Assembly: GCA_964187785.1 (NCBI GenBank)
Contig: OZ076409.1
Span: 10,170,001 to 10,234,000 of the forward strand
Reading direction: 5' to 3'
Origin: Amphiscolops sp. MND2022
Taxonomy: Eukaryota
DNA: 64,000 nt
Positions within the stretch are counted from its first letter, which is position 1. Each line of letters starts with the position of its first letter. The translations under genes were made by a program, and so were the position numbers. Positions 12,445 to 24,458 of this stretch are shown in pieces. The notes under the pieces were generated by a model. That model made no database searches. It saw nothing but the letters and a program-made list of their open reading frames with translations, and was not told where the DNA came from.

Positions 12445-13397
12445 TGGTGACAGGAGTCCTCAATGACTCTACCAATCAACCCACGAAAAGATCGAAACAA
12501 CAACGCGCATCCAACGAGCAAACAAAAGACCGTCCTTCAACATCTAAAATACTGTTCGCGCCACAACCGCAAACATTTCCAGCTACCAACCTACTTCCGA
12601 TGCCGAAAGCACTCACTGCTTCGCTTCCAGTCTTTGATGGTAAGTCCGAAAAGTTTGAACTTTTTGAGGACCTATTCCGAAATAATATCAAAATGTACTC
12701 TCACCTAACTGAGATACAAAAGATCAACTACTTTCATTCACTCCTACGAGGAAACGCGCTACAAGCGTATTGCAATCTAGATGACACTAAAAAAGACAAC
12801 CTAGAAGGAGTCATAACGGCATTTAAACGTCGCTTTGGCGATTTCCAATCATCAGCTAAAGCGAGATGCGAGTGGAACGCGCTGCATTTTGATCCCACCA
12901 AACAGAAACTCCATGAATTCCTTGACAACCTGCAAAAAACTGCAAAAGAAGCATTCGGCTCAGAAGCACAAAGTTTCATTGATAAAGCAAACTACGCCAA
13001 AATGCCGGATCACGTCAAGAAGATCCTCAACAGAGCATATTTGGAAGATAAGCCCTATAATGACATAGTTTTGCATCTTGAGAGGGAAATGAGACTAAAC
13101 GGACTAGGCGCGCCTGACGAAACAACCCTAGTCCCACTCAACATAGTGGACGCCGTAGTGACGGACGATAAAAAAGACCAACAACAACAAGGTCATTGCT
13201 TTCACTGTGGCAAATATGGCCACTACAAAGCACAGTGTTGCAGACTCCAACGAGAACGTTACAATATCGCCAAAACAACCACAAAAGACCCAGCCCAAAA
13301 CGAAGCACCCAAACCCAAGTGTGATACATGTGGCAAGATGCACAAAACTGAGAACTGCTGGAACGTACCCACACTGTTCCCCCAGCCAAAAAACTGA
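12066..13397 (+). CDS. gag: Gag of element B (starts inside the 5' LTR; capsid-like region and two zinc knuckles)
   Basis: LPVFDGKSEKFELFEDLF capsid-like motif; CFHCGKYGHYKAQC and CDTCGKMHKTENC knuckles. Confidence 0.9.
   Translation: MTTRSQKRKAVAELVSGDFETSITEDFPPENLVASSSKIPRIEPEGLAEIKTSLRKEIMSDLTKILAENQKEMLKLIAPLNKKQTVHMYVQDSDSETENVSVARTSTPVKTHTATNSKTTPINSRDMVTGVLNDSTNQPTKRSKQQRASNEQTKDRPSTSKILFAPQPQTFPATNLLPMPKALTASLPVFDGKSEKFELFEDLFRNNIKMYSHLTEIQKINYFHSLLRGNALQAYCNLDDTKKDNLEGVITAFKRRFGDFQSSAKARCEWNALHFDPTKQKLHEFLDNLQKTAKEAFGSEAQSFIDKANYAKMPDHVKKILNRAYLEDKPYNDIVLHLEREMRLNGLGAPDETTLVPLNIVDAVVTDDKKDQQQQGHCFHCGKYGHYKAQCCRLQRERYNIAKTTTKDPAQNEAPKPKCDTCGKMHKTENCWNVPTLFPQPKN
12445..12457 (+). other. 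Primer binding site (tRNA-Leu-like)
   Basis: TGGTGACAGGAGT directly after the LTR CA. The same 12-mer follows the 5' LTR of element C. The tRNA identity is from resemblance to TGGTGTCAGGAGT. Confidence 0.75.
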
Positions 13398-13464
13398 AAT
13401 CGCCGCGCCTACGATTTGGGGGAAAAGTAGAGGCGAGGGCGTACACGATAGAGGACCCCCCAAA
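13388..13464 (+). promoter_or_regulatory. -1 programmed ribosomal frameshift signal (A AAA AAC plus predicted H-type pseudoknot)
   Basis: Slippery heptamer 13388-13394 sits just before the gag TGA. A 6-nt spacer precedes a GC stem (13401-13412 with 13427-13441), and loop TTTGGGGG pairs with CCCCCAAA (13457-13464). The -1 frame is open into pol. Confidence 0.8.
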
Positions 13465-16400
13465 CAGGTATGAGGAAGATTTTTTAACCGAATGTAATGA
13501 AGAACCAACTCAAGACTGGCAACGCCGTTGGAACGTAGGCATGATACTCAGGCATAACGCCAGACACCCAGACGATCCAACGCCACTACCCCAGTGGATA
13601 ACGGAGTCACCCGATAACTATGCGACACTCAAAAGACCGTTGCCGGAATCAAAAACAGACCGAATTTATATATATGACAGAGACTACAGATGTGACCCTT
13701 GGGATGAACCAACTATCTACGATACAAATAAACTATCCTTCAAAATCCAAGTCTCAAACCCTCAAGCTCAACCCACAGGGATTACAAACCTACCATCACC
13801 GCCGTCACCGATCGTGAAAAGAACAACACCTTCCCCAACAGTACCCGTCACCATCACGTCCACACCAATAGACGCAGAGAACATCATCTGCATTGAAGAT
13901 AAAACAATATGGGCACACCAAGAAAGAAGAAAACGAGAGAATGCTGACCCTCCAGTAACACCTCCAAAAACCGCACCCGTCACAGCACTGACGAACGACG
14001 ACGTAGAAATCACGGAATGTCCCTCAAAACTGCCTGAAGACCTAGATGCCATCAAAGAATTCATCCAACATGACAAAGACGACGACTACATTCCGTTAAT
14101 GTCTGCCATCGCTCTCAAGAAGAAAAAACGAATGCTTTTCCTACCAATCGAATTCAACACAGTCAAAATCGACGCTTTAGTCGACTCAGGTGCGTACATT
14201 AACGCTATTAGTGAAAGGGACGCCGAAAAACTCCGACAGCAAGCAAGTCAGTGCATCGTCAATAAAGCACCCCCACCCCCTTTCAAAGTGCAGTATGCCA
14301 ATGCTGAATTAGAAAAACCACTCGCCACGTACACCCTACGTTTCAAAATAGGGGACTACACCTTTGAAGAAACATTCATCATCATGAATCAAACGTCATT
14401 CCCCATAATCGGATTAGCGTTCCTACGTAAACATGCCGCAATTCTCGACACTGCACAAGGAACCATCGACTTCCCTAAAATCCAAATCACGATGGCGCTC
14501 ACAGATGAAAGACAAAAGTGCAATCCCAAGCCCATCACAATAAAAACCGAAGCCAAGCATACAATTCCAGCGCACTCTACCCGAATCATCTACGCAACAA
14601 TCCCTGTGAGTATCGAACACTCAATAACTGGCACAATACAACCTTTACCACAATTTGACGAATGCGCGAAGGTAATAGTGGCCCCAGCAATTACCACAGC
14701 CAGAGAAAAAAAGGTACCAATTAAAATTGCCAATACCACGGATTTCCCATACACAATAGCTACTGACACCAAAATAGCCGAACTACAGATCCTAAAACCC
14801 GAAGAAACGAAGATGATCCGTCCAGTCGACATAGCCGCCCTCAACCTCCTCACTGACCATGACGATGTGGTCACGTACATTAATGCACTAATGCAAGTAG
14901 AGCGGCCCGAAGACAATGAAGAGAAATTCTGGTTTCCGACTCCAGAACACCCAGGCAACGAACAAGAACATTCGCCCATACAAAAGCGAATCTTGAAAGA
15001 ACTGCGAGACCTTGCCGAACTAGAAAAACTTGATCCAACCGAAAACGAAGAGTCTCGCAACAAATTCCTATCCATGTTCAAATGGACCGATTCACTGATT
15101 GCGGGCAAAGACCGTGAAAACCTTGAGGACACCATCGTGGAATTCAACGACATCTTCGCCCGACACCGGCTAGAGATCGGGATGAACACACAATTCAAAG
15201 TCAGCCTAACACCACAAGATGACAAACCAGTCTACACACAGAGCCTACCGGTTCCCATCAACCTCAAAGAAGACCTAACTGTGGAACTGGCCCTCATGCA
15301 CCGATACGGTATCATCACGACACTCCCCTTCTCCAAGTACGCCAGTCCTATATTTGCACAGCGGAAACCCAACGGCAAGCTGAGACTGCTGGTGGACCTG
15401 CGCAAAATCAACGCACTCATCGCAGATGACTACATCAACAACAACCACCCTGTAAGCACCCTCTCAGACGCGGCACAACACCTAGCAGGGAAAAAACTAT
15501 TTTGCAAGCTTGACTGCTCCCAGGCGTACCACTGCCTCCAAATGGCAGATCAAAGGTCAGTAGAATTACTTGCTTTCATATTTGCTAGTAGGACGTTCGC
15601 CTACCGTCGCCTGGCACAAAGACTCAGCAGAGCTCTATCAGCTTTTTCGAGCTTTATGCGTGAGTATCTGGATTCAGTCATCAAAGCAGACCAATGTGCA
15701 CAATATGTAGATGACATTGGTATCGCCGCAAACACAACGGAACAGCTCATAAAGAACATCAGAGCAGTCTTCAAGTGCATTAGAAAGGCAGGACTAAAAC
15801 TAACCATCGAAAAATGTCACTTTGGAGTAACCCAAATCGAATTTCTTGGCCGAACCATCACCCCCGACGGAGTAGCCCCGCAAGATCAAAAGGTCAAAAA
15901 TTTCCTCTCCAAAGTCCGCTTCCCCAAATCCAAAAAACAAGTTCAGAAATACATTGGCTTTGTAACTATTACCGCAATTACATACCGCGCTTGTCAGAAA
16001 AACTCATCGGCATGTACGAACTTCTCAAAGCAGACTCCAAGATCAGAATTTCAGAAGAACTTGTCGATAACTTTAAAGAAATTAACGCCAGTTTAGCGGA
16101 AGCTTGTGGACTCGCACTCCGACAGCCCATAGCAGGAAAACAGTACGTTCTAATGACGGATGCAAGCTTTCGTGCATCAGGCTACGACCTCATGATTGAG
16201 GAGAACGACGAACGCAAAATACTCTCCAAACGAAAAACCTTCGCACCAGTAGCGTTCGGATCACGAGTTTTTTCACCTGCACAACTGAAAATGTCCATCT
16301 ACTGCAAGGAATTCTTAGCAATCTACCATGCCTTCCTCGAATACAGCCACATACTATGGGAAACAACAATTCCAACGCTGGTCTTAACAGACAACCGCTC

Positions 16401-18684
16401 AGTAACTAGATTCTTCCAGACGAAAACGACACCCCCTGCACTCTGGAACGCCTGTGACTATGTATTACAATTCAAGTTCCGAATTATGCACGTAGCAGGC
16501 TCCCAAAACACGGCAGCAGATTTTCTCTCAAGACTTGAACTTACACCGAAAGAAAAGGTACAACTTAAACTACGAGACGTCATCCTAACGTCCCCAATTG
16601 AAGTTAATCTACAATCATCAGATGTAGCTGACGAGGAACAACTTTTCTTTCTACCAGACGAAGAAGATGAATCTGAACAAGAAATCTTTGCCCGAAAAGC
16701 ACTCAGCAAGCGGCGTGCCCTAGACGAACATGAGAGAGAACTATCAACAAAAGTAACCGAAGTCATCAAGATACCACTCAACTCCGCAGTCTACTCCTTC
16801 GGTGCAATTAAGGAAAATGCACGGATCAGAAACGAACAAGATGCAGACCCTCTCCTCAAAGCACTGAAACAACGGATCTCACACGAAAAATATGACAAAC
16901 ACCTTCTCAAAACTGAACCACGAGGACGAAACCTATTACGCCACGAAGAAAGAATCATAATGAAAGATGGAGTTCTGATACGAAAATACTACGGAGAAGA
17001 CGGATCAGTCACCCATAACCAAATTATAATTCCAAAACACCTAGTTCCAGAACTCTTGTCCACTCTACATGGAAAAACAAATAAACACCCATGAATCACC
17101 AAAATGATACAAGAATGCAGAGCGAAATACTACTTCCCGGGTCTTGCACGCAAAATCAGAGCTTGGGTAACCAGTTGTCAGGATTGCATTGCCAATAAAA
17201 GAATCGAAGCGAGACAGATACGTCCCAAAATGCTAAGCAACACTGAATTCACAATGGGACCAGAAGACTGCCTAGAAGTAGACATCCTACCAAATCTACC
17301 TTCCTCAAATGGATACCAACACATCATAACGATGATGGATGTTTTTTCGCGTTTCCTTTTCGGTTACCCGACTCAGGATATGACAGCAAAAACAGTCGCA
17401 CGATGCATAATAGACGTCATGACACGACACTGTTATCTACCGACCGTCATTCTAACGGATAAAGGATCACAATTCAGGTCAGAAGTAGTCAACCAAATAG
17501 CACAAACACTGGATATACGGATAAGCCACGCATCGACGAAACACGCCCAAACAATTGGCATCCTAGAAAGGACTCATGCCTCTTTGAAAACCTCCCAAAA
17601 GATATCAACGGGAGAACGACGCTCTATGTGGCACAAATACGTCCAGATTGCAGTCATGAATTACAATACAAGCTACTATGAAAACCTAGGCTGCGAACCT
17701 ACAACAGTGTTTCACGGACGCATTCCGTACAACATTTTGGACATAAAACTTGGATTGAAACCTAACTGGGAAAAAGATAGCAACGAAGAACTAACGGATC
17801 AATTACAGAAACAAATAGCCGAAATACACCACGCTGCCATAGAGAACCTAATGCAGTCTTACCTTAAATACAAACAGTACTATGACAAGAAAGCAACGGC
17901 TACCCCGCTCAAGGTCAACGACTACTGCTACGTCCTTAATCCGAAAGCAGACAACCAGTCGATGAAATTCGCCTTTAAAGATTGCATTTGGACTGGACCC
18001 TACAGAGTAGTCAAAGTACTCTCGAACAACAACTACGTCGTACGTCGCACGGGAATTAGGTATACTCAAACCCTCCATAGAATTCGCCTAAGGCTATATG
18101 CGCCCAATCAGCGAGTACCTGACGTAACAGTCAGAAGGGAAGATTACCTTCCAGACCCAGAGGTTAAAACAACCCTCAATGATTGGTACGCGCAAGCTTG
18201 GGAAACCGAATTCGGAGAAGTTCTGTTCGGAAATGCCACTGAAAACGCCCCTGAAGAAGCTACAGTTACAGAAATCGCGGACACAACAGGAAACGCCGAA
18301 AGCACAATGGAAAATGATGTGGTTAAAACAGCCACAAACGAAATTACAACGGAAATTGAAGTGGTTAAAACAACCACAGGCGAAACTACAATGGAAAATG
18401 ACGTGGTTCAAACAGCCACAAATGAAAACACTGAAGGAGATAGAACACCCTCTGACAACGTCACGTTATCCGACCTAGATATCATCAATAATTCATATAT
18501 TTTGACCCCACCACCGATACAAAGCCCTCCCAAAACTCCCGAATTGCCACCTATCGTCGTTGGATATAATCCTAGAAAAGTGGGAAGATACAACCTGAGA
18601 CCTAATCCTAAATCTAATGCGAATCCTGACTTTAGAATGCTTGACTCAGTTACTACGGAGAACTTACGGTCAACTCAGAACTAG
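13394..18684 (+). pseudogene. pol: Pol of element B: aspartic protease, dUTPase-like spacer, RT, RNase H, integrase with GPY motif; disrupted
   Basis: LVDSGA; KLDCSQAY and YVDD; TDAS and DFLSR; HHCC, EVD/TDKGSQF/LER and GPY. A 1-nt deletion near 15963 and an in-frame TGA at 17092-17094 (HP*ITKM) disrupt it. Confidence 0.95.
18304..18430 (+). repeat. Three in-frame 42-bp repeats in the integrase tail
   Basis: TMENDVVKTATNEI / TTEIEVVKTTTGET / TMENDVVQTATNE. Confidence 0.75.
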
Positions 18685-18900
18685 ATGAAAAATCAGCATA
18701 CCAAACCGAACCGGAATGGCTACGTCAAATTTTACTTGGATCTTCCAAACTACATAAATACTACGGATACTAGACGTACCTCGACAAAATACATATCAAT
18801 CATCAAGATCAAAAGTACATGAGGCTCTATCAATAAGCAGTCAGAATTTACAATTTAATGCTTGGTAGCTTTCTTCAGTTTATGAAGCACTTCAGGATCT

Positions 18901-21900
18901 TTATCTTGACGTTGAGAGTTTTTCTTCTTCCGAGACGTTTCCGACGTTTTTTCTTTTGAAGAACCTACTGTCCCTTTCTTCTGAATTACTGTACCCACGA
19001 CCAGACGCTTTACTCTCAGAGCGAACGCGAGGCAAACGATTAGCCACATTACAGGCACTGTACTCTGCATCGAAAGCCTTACGGCGTTCATTCAAAAATG
19101 TGTTGTACAGAGTCACAAACCGTGCAGCAAAGGCATCTTTATCGGTTTTACAGAAGTTCTTCCATAGATCGTACCCTGAAGTCACAAAGAAGACGCCAGA
19201 ATCAGCCACAGCCCGCCGAACAGCTCTAACGGTCTGATCACTAAACAAACGCTGAGGCGAATACCCCGCACACAAAACGTAGGACTGAACAAGGCGTAAA
19301 CAGTCCTGGAAACTTCGAGCCTCCAAGGCGCTGCCACTTAGATCAAATGTTACCACAGGATACTTGACTGCAGGCATCCTCACGAATAGACAACAAAGTT
19401 TGAACACCCGAAGCAACCGATGCCGCGCCTGGAAGCCAAACTCTAACAATAGATGCTGCACCACATCCGTCACTCCACTAGCAGACTGCCCAGAACTCAG
19501 ATGAGTCTTTCGCCTCCCCACAACGTAGCTAGTGTATTCCTCTACAGCGGCTTTAGAAACATCAGTTGGAATAACGCCACAAGTCTCCAACACTTTACAC
19601 AAACCAGCAAATAACGCAAACGCAGTAGTGTCGTCTCCCTCCAGCATCAACTCTGGACAAAAGCTGTATAAACCTTTACTGATGGCAGATGTCGCACTAG
19701 TAGTCTTCAACAGCAGCAAAATCAGACGGTCAATAAACTCACGACACCGCAAACGAAACGTCTCAAATTCACTCGTCTTCCCTTCTGACAAAAACTTCCC
19801 GAATTCATACTTCATCGAGAAATCGTTAATAGAGATATGGGGGAAGGCACTAACTGCAGTCACGTCCATATATTCTTCCACTCAACAATACCAGGAAGAA
19901 GTTTCGACACTCGTGTCTTTAATAGGAGGCAGTAGACGAAGTTACAAAGTTCATTGTACGCATGGAACGCGTAATCACTTCGACCCTGCTCCAAATTCTC
20001 AAAGTTGATATCGTCTAAAACAGCACAGAAGACTTACGAACACTACTATAAGAACCCCAACACAAGCGGACAATCACGGACAGAGCAGTCAAAGCAGAAC
20101 AAAATACAACAGTACACCCAGTCAAACACAGTCAACAAAACTCAAAACCCAAACCAAACTCACAGGTATCGAGAATGAAACGTAACAGTCTGAATCGATA
20201 CACAATCAAATTGTCGGCCACCAGCAACCAATCTGTCCCCTGCATCTAGAAATACAACGTAAAATGATAACAAAGAACAGCTAAACCGACATCCCGCCGC
20301 CAGACGAAGAGGAAAAAGAGAAAAGAAAAAAAGAAGAAAGAAGCAAAAGGAAGACAAAGAAATGAAAATTACAAACACTAACCCTGTCAGATAACTCCTT
20401 AGCTTCAGGTTTTCCGGTGCAGCGATTATAAGGCCGAATGGAAGGCAGAAAGATCTATCAAGTCCGTTAGTACAGCACACAAATCACAGAAGTCAACGTA
20501 ACTTTGCCGCACACACTTCCGCAGAACGACCTTGTTTTCCGTCCATGCCTCGTAAAGGGCACTTTTCAAACGATGCAGAGTATAGTCCACAAGTGTCGTT
20601 ATCTCAACCATACCAAAAACGTCTTGATGGGCTTGACGCACACATTGCAGAAGGATTCCGCTATTGAACGACTGACAGACCACAAATCGCTTGCCGTCAA
20701 CACGGCTGTCGCTCAACACACGCAACAAAGACGGACTGGCCCCGACTACTGACACAGGCAGTTTCTCATCCTCCATACAGCATACGAATCGGGACAAGGG
20801 TGTAAGCTCAGAGTAAGGCATAGGCTGCTCTAGTGGCTCACAGCCGATGCACACTTTTTTGAGATACCCATCCTCCCAGAAGACAACGAAGCAACTTTCT
20901 TCCTCCGTGTCCTTCTCGTACTGGATGGCGTAGGCACCGAAGGCAGATGCACCACTCAAGGTCGCACGCAACACTCGCGGAGCAACACCTTGACACACGA
21001 AGGCCTACAAAAATAAAAACAGATGCAAAGAAGATCCAAAGGACACCCCAACACCAATACACTACACTGACCCTATCCAAATACAATTACAAAACCAAGG
21101 AGGGAAATACAAAACAAGGAAGCATACTCACTGCAGTCTCAGAGCGACTCCACTTCAAAGTAAACTCTGGCTCCCGTTCGCCCAACGTAGCCAAGAAGTG
21201 ACCCCACAGTCGTTGAACCAGTCACAGAAGCATGAAACAAGAGTAATAAAAGGCACTTTTGAATCAACCTTTGCATGCTTGGGCAACAAATCTTCTGGGA
21301 AAGGAAACTCAGGGCCCAGATCAACAAAGGGGCGGGAACGGAAATCATCCTCCTGACGGCTAGAGAGAGTCATCGGTTCCATCAACTTATTATAGATCGG
21401 CAGACCCATATGCAGGCGGTAAACCACATCCTGTTCTCAATGTTTCTTGGATTCGTAACGACGAATGATCTCCGACGAGCCATGGGACCCCATCTTTACG
21501 TCGCGTTTACAGACCCGACAGAAGAAAAAGTCGCCACTACCACGCTTTGCACCAGTAACAAAATCTTTAAATAAGGGATTCAAAGACAACATCCGCCGGT
21601 GGAGTTGATTACGACTGCTGTACTTCTTTTTCGGCCGCTCCAACCGACTTCCCACTTTCTCCACAAGGTCATTGAACCCTACAACACGCAGAATGAAGTA
21701 CGCCCAAAAACAAACGTATAACACCCGGATAAACGCAGATATCAACTAGACCACACACAATTCCCGAAGTACCAACAGAGTTAGAAAGAAACCACTACAC
21801 AACTAACCTGACTGTAAATGGTATTTGGTCCGTGCCTCAACTTCAGCCATCAAGTGCTGTCCAAACCGTTTCATCTCAGGAGAAACTGAAAACTTCATCC

Positions 21901-22715
21901 CAGTCGACGGACCCGGCTCGTCATCCTGACCACTAACACCCTGCTGAACAGTCCCTGAACTGTCTTCTTTGCGTCGTTTACGAGGGGTTTCAAAACGCAC
22001 GTTTGTCTTCCGGAAAGGAAAGACAGTTGCACCTACAAAACCACACAAATATGGTAATTACCACGGTATCACGTATATACAACGCACCACAAGACCTTTA
22101 AACATTACCTCCTGCCTGTCTCTCGAAACCATCACTTTCTTCTCCTTCTGAGGAGGGGGCACCAGCCTCACCTACTTGAGGCTCCGAAGTTAATGCAAGA
22201 CCAGCCGAGAATATGCAGGATAACTCAGGGAGGACAGGACTCGAAGCCCCAATAACCGCAGGAGTAACGGTTTCTACCACAGAGAACCCAGGGAATGAAG
22301 TTGATTGTGCACTAGTAACAAGACAAAGAGAAGAAGTAGCATGATCAGCGGCATCAAGAACTGGAGCGGTGGAAGAGACCAAAGCTGGCATCTCAGCATT
22401 GACGAGGACAACCTCATCCCTTCGGAATTACGGCAGCAACAGCCAAAGAATTGTCAGGTTGAGTTACTGAAAATCAAGATCTGGATTCAGACGCGTCAGA
22501 GTTACGGGTAAGACTAAACTGGCTGATCACCAAAAACAATAGTCCTAATACCCATGGAAGTCAGAAAGATTTTACCAACCTGAGGAAGTAACTGCAACCT
22601 CCACCTCCGAATGGAAGACGTCATCGTCAGTAAAACAGAAGTTTGTTTCATTACCGCTAACAAACCCAGTTTTGGGAGCAGGAGTGAGAGGAGGGAGATC
22701 AGAATCTTCATCCAT
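18901..22715 (-). pseudogene. Spliced antisense cargo gene of element B: zinc finger + hAT-transposase-like region
   Basis: GT-AG introns at 22033-22108, 21679-21807, 21005-21131, 20246-20382 and 20015-20163 join the minus-strand ORF pieces. Zinc finger is CRVC...SKKH. Homologous along its length to the antisense gene of element C. A few stops and frameshifts are present, and the 5' exon is uncertain. Confidence 0.75.
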
Positions 22716-23000
22716 AACCAATACTTGTTCTCAAAAGAAATCTAAAACAAAAACAACAATCAGGAAAGGAAAGAATTACGCTATGCGAACGTAAATACCC
22801 TAAAGGAAAATTAACAACGTCATCCCTACGTAATTGGAAAAATCATCTAATCTTCAACTTCAGTGAAAGACTATTATGGCATTGATGGAAACAAAACGTC
22901 TCCGAAATATCCTACAGGTGAACAAAGTCACCAAGAAATCCTGAAGAAAGATGCCATTTTGAAAATTACGGAATATGAACGTAGAATATTCGAGAAGAAA

Positions 23001-23024
23001 TCAATGACGTCATGACGTCATTGA
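23001..23024. promoter_or_regulatory. Perfect 24-bp palindrome with two tandem CRE (TGACGTCA) sites; copy at 24147-24170
   Basis: TCAATGACGTCATGACGTCATTGA lies between the divergent antisense gene and ORF3. Confidence 0.65.
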
Positions 23025-23312
23025 CCGAGAAAGAAACGAAACGTAAAATTAGAAACTATTTCCTATAAGTTTCGACTAATCACAGCGCAGTTGGCAAAGC
23101 TTTCCTTTCCCAGCTCAAGACGCACCGAAACGAAGGCGGAAAAACCGACCAATAGAATTTCGACAAAAATTATGAAGGAAAGAACTCGAAACGTTCATTT
23201 GTCGTCCAAATCTTCAGCTTGACCAGCTCAACGCATAGAAATTTCAAATCTATTCAAGTTTTCCTGCAACTCAGAACCTGAAAATTGTCGCGAAAACTTT
23301 CCGATAAACAAA

Positions 23313-23891
23313 ATGAACAGCTACTCTTTAGTCATCGATATATCTTCTGATGAAGAAAACGCAAAAACGAGCACACCACTGAAAACTCTACCGCTCAACA
23401 TGATCGGCTCACTAAGTGATTCATCAATCGAAGTTTATCGCGGAAGCGATGTGGAACTGGTTTCCACTTCCGAGTCACCCGAAACGGCACCGACGCCTAA
23501 GAAGAAAAGAAAAACTGGGAGAGTCACGTTCAATCTACCAGCAGCTGACTCTGACACGGACTACTACGAAGAGCCAGACTCCCCGCAACGCTTACCTTCC
23601 CCAATAAAACGTACTCCTGTTCCAAAGGAGGCGGAAAATTTCCCTGTTCTGGGGAATGAAAGAATACCAAATGCGGCAAGATTGAACGACCTGAATGAGC
23701 CTTCCTTGGCGGAATTGGAAACCCTATACGGCTTGGATTTAGAGGACCGGAACTACCTCGCATCCTTAGGCCGTGGACGCGGACGCTACGCAACAAATAT
23801 AAATCAGCCGCACTTGAAAGAAAATCTGCGTCCTAACATCATAAATAGAATCTTCATCCATAACCAATTCTTGTCCTCAAAAGAAATCTAA
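23313..23891 (+). CDS. Accessory ORF3 of element B, first copy, truncated by the duplication junction
   Basis: VIDISSDEE, PKKKRK, GRGRGR; homologue at 63043-63917. Confidence 0.6.
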   Translation: MNSYSLVIDISSDEENAKTSTPLKTLPLNMIGSLSDSSIEVYRGSDVELVSTSESPETAPTPKKKRKTGRVTFNLPAADSDTDYYEEPDSPQRLPSPIKRTPVPKEAENFPVLGNERIPNAARLNDLNEPSLAELETLYGLDLEDRNYLASLGRGRGRYATNINQPHLKENLRPNIINRIFIHNQFLSSKEI

Positions 23892-24458
23892 AACAAAAAC
23901 AACAATCAGGAAAGGAAAGAATTACGCTATGCGAACGTAAATACCCTAAAGGAAAATTAACAACGTCATCCCTACGAAATTGGAAAAATCATCTAATCTT
24001 CAACTTCAGTGAAAGACTATTATGGCATTGATGGAAACAAAACGTCTCCGACATATCCTACAGGTGAACAAAGTCACCAAGAAATCCTGAAGAAAGATGC
24101 CATTTTGAAAATTACGGAATATGAACGTAGAATATTCGAGAAGAAATCAATGACGTCATGACGTCATTGACCGAGAAAGAAACGAAACGTAAAATTAGAA
24201 ACTATTTCCTATAAGTTTCGACTAATCACAGCGCAGTTGGCAAAGCTTTCCTTTCCCAGCTCAAGACGCACCGAAACGAAGGCGGAAAAACCGACCAATA
24301 GAATTTCGACGAAAATTATGAAGGAAAGAACTCGAAACGTTCATTTGTCGTCCAAATCTTCAGCTTGACCAGCTCAACGCATAGAAATTTCAAATCTATT
24401 CAAGTTTTCCTGCAAGTCAGAACCTGAAAATTGTCGCGAAAACTTTCCGATAAACAAA

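Noticed and set aside
14530..14800. Active dUTPase between protease and RT
   Set aside because: The beta-rich spacer resembles the degenerate dUTPase-like segment of Gypsy pol, but catalytic motifs are not recognisable.
18901..22715. Independent hAT DNA transposon inserted into element B
   Set aside because: No TIRs or 8-bp TSD seen, and the homologue occupies the same position and orientation in family C.
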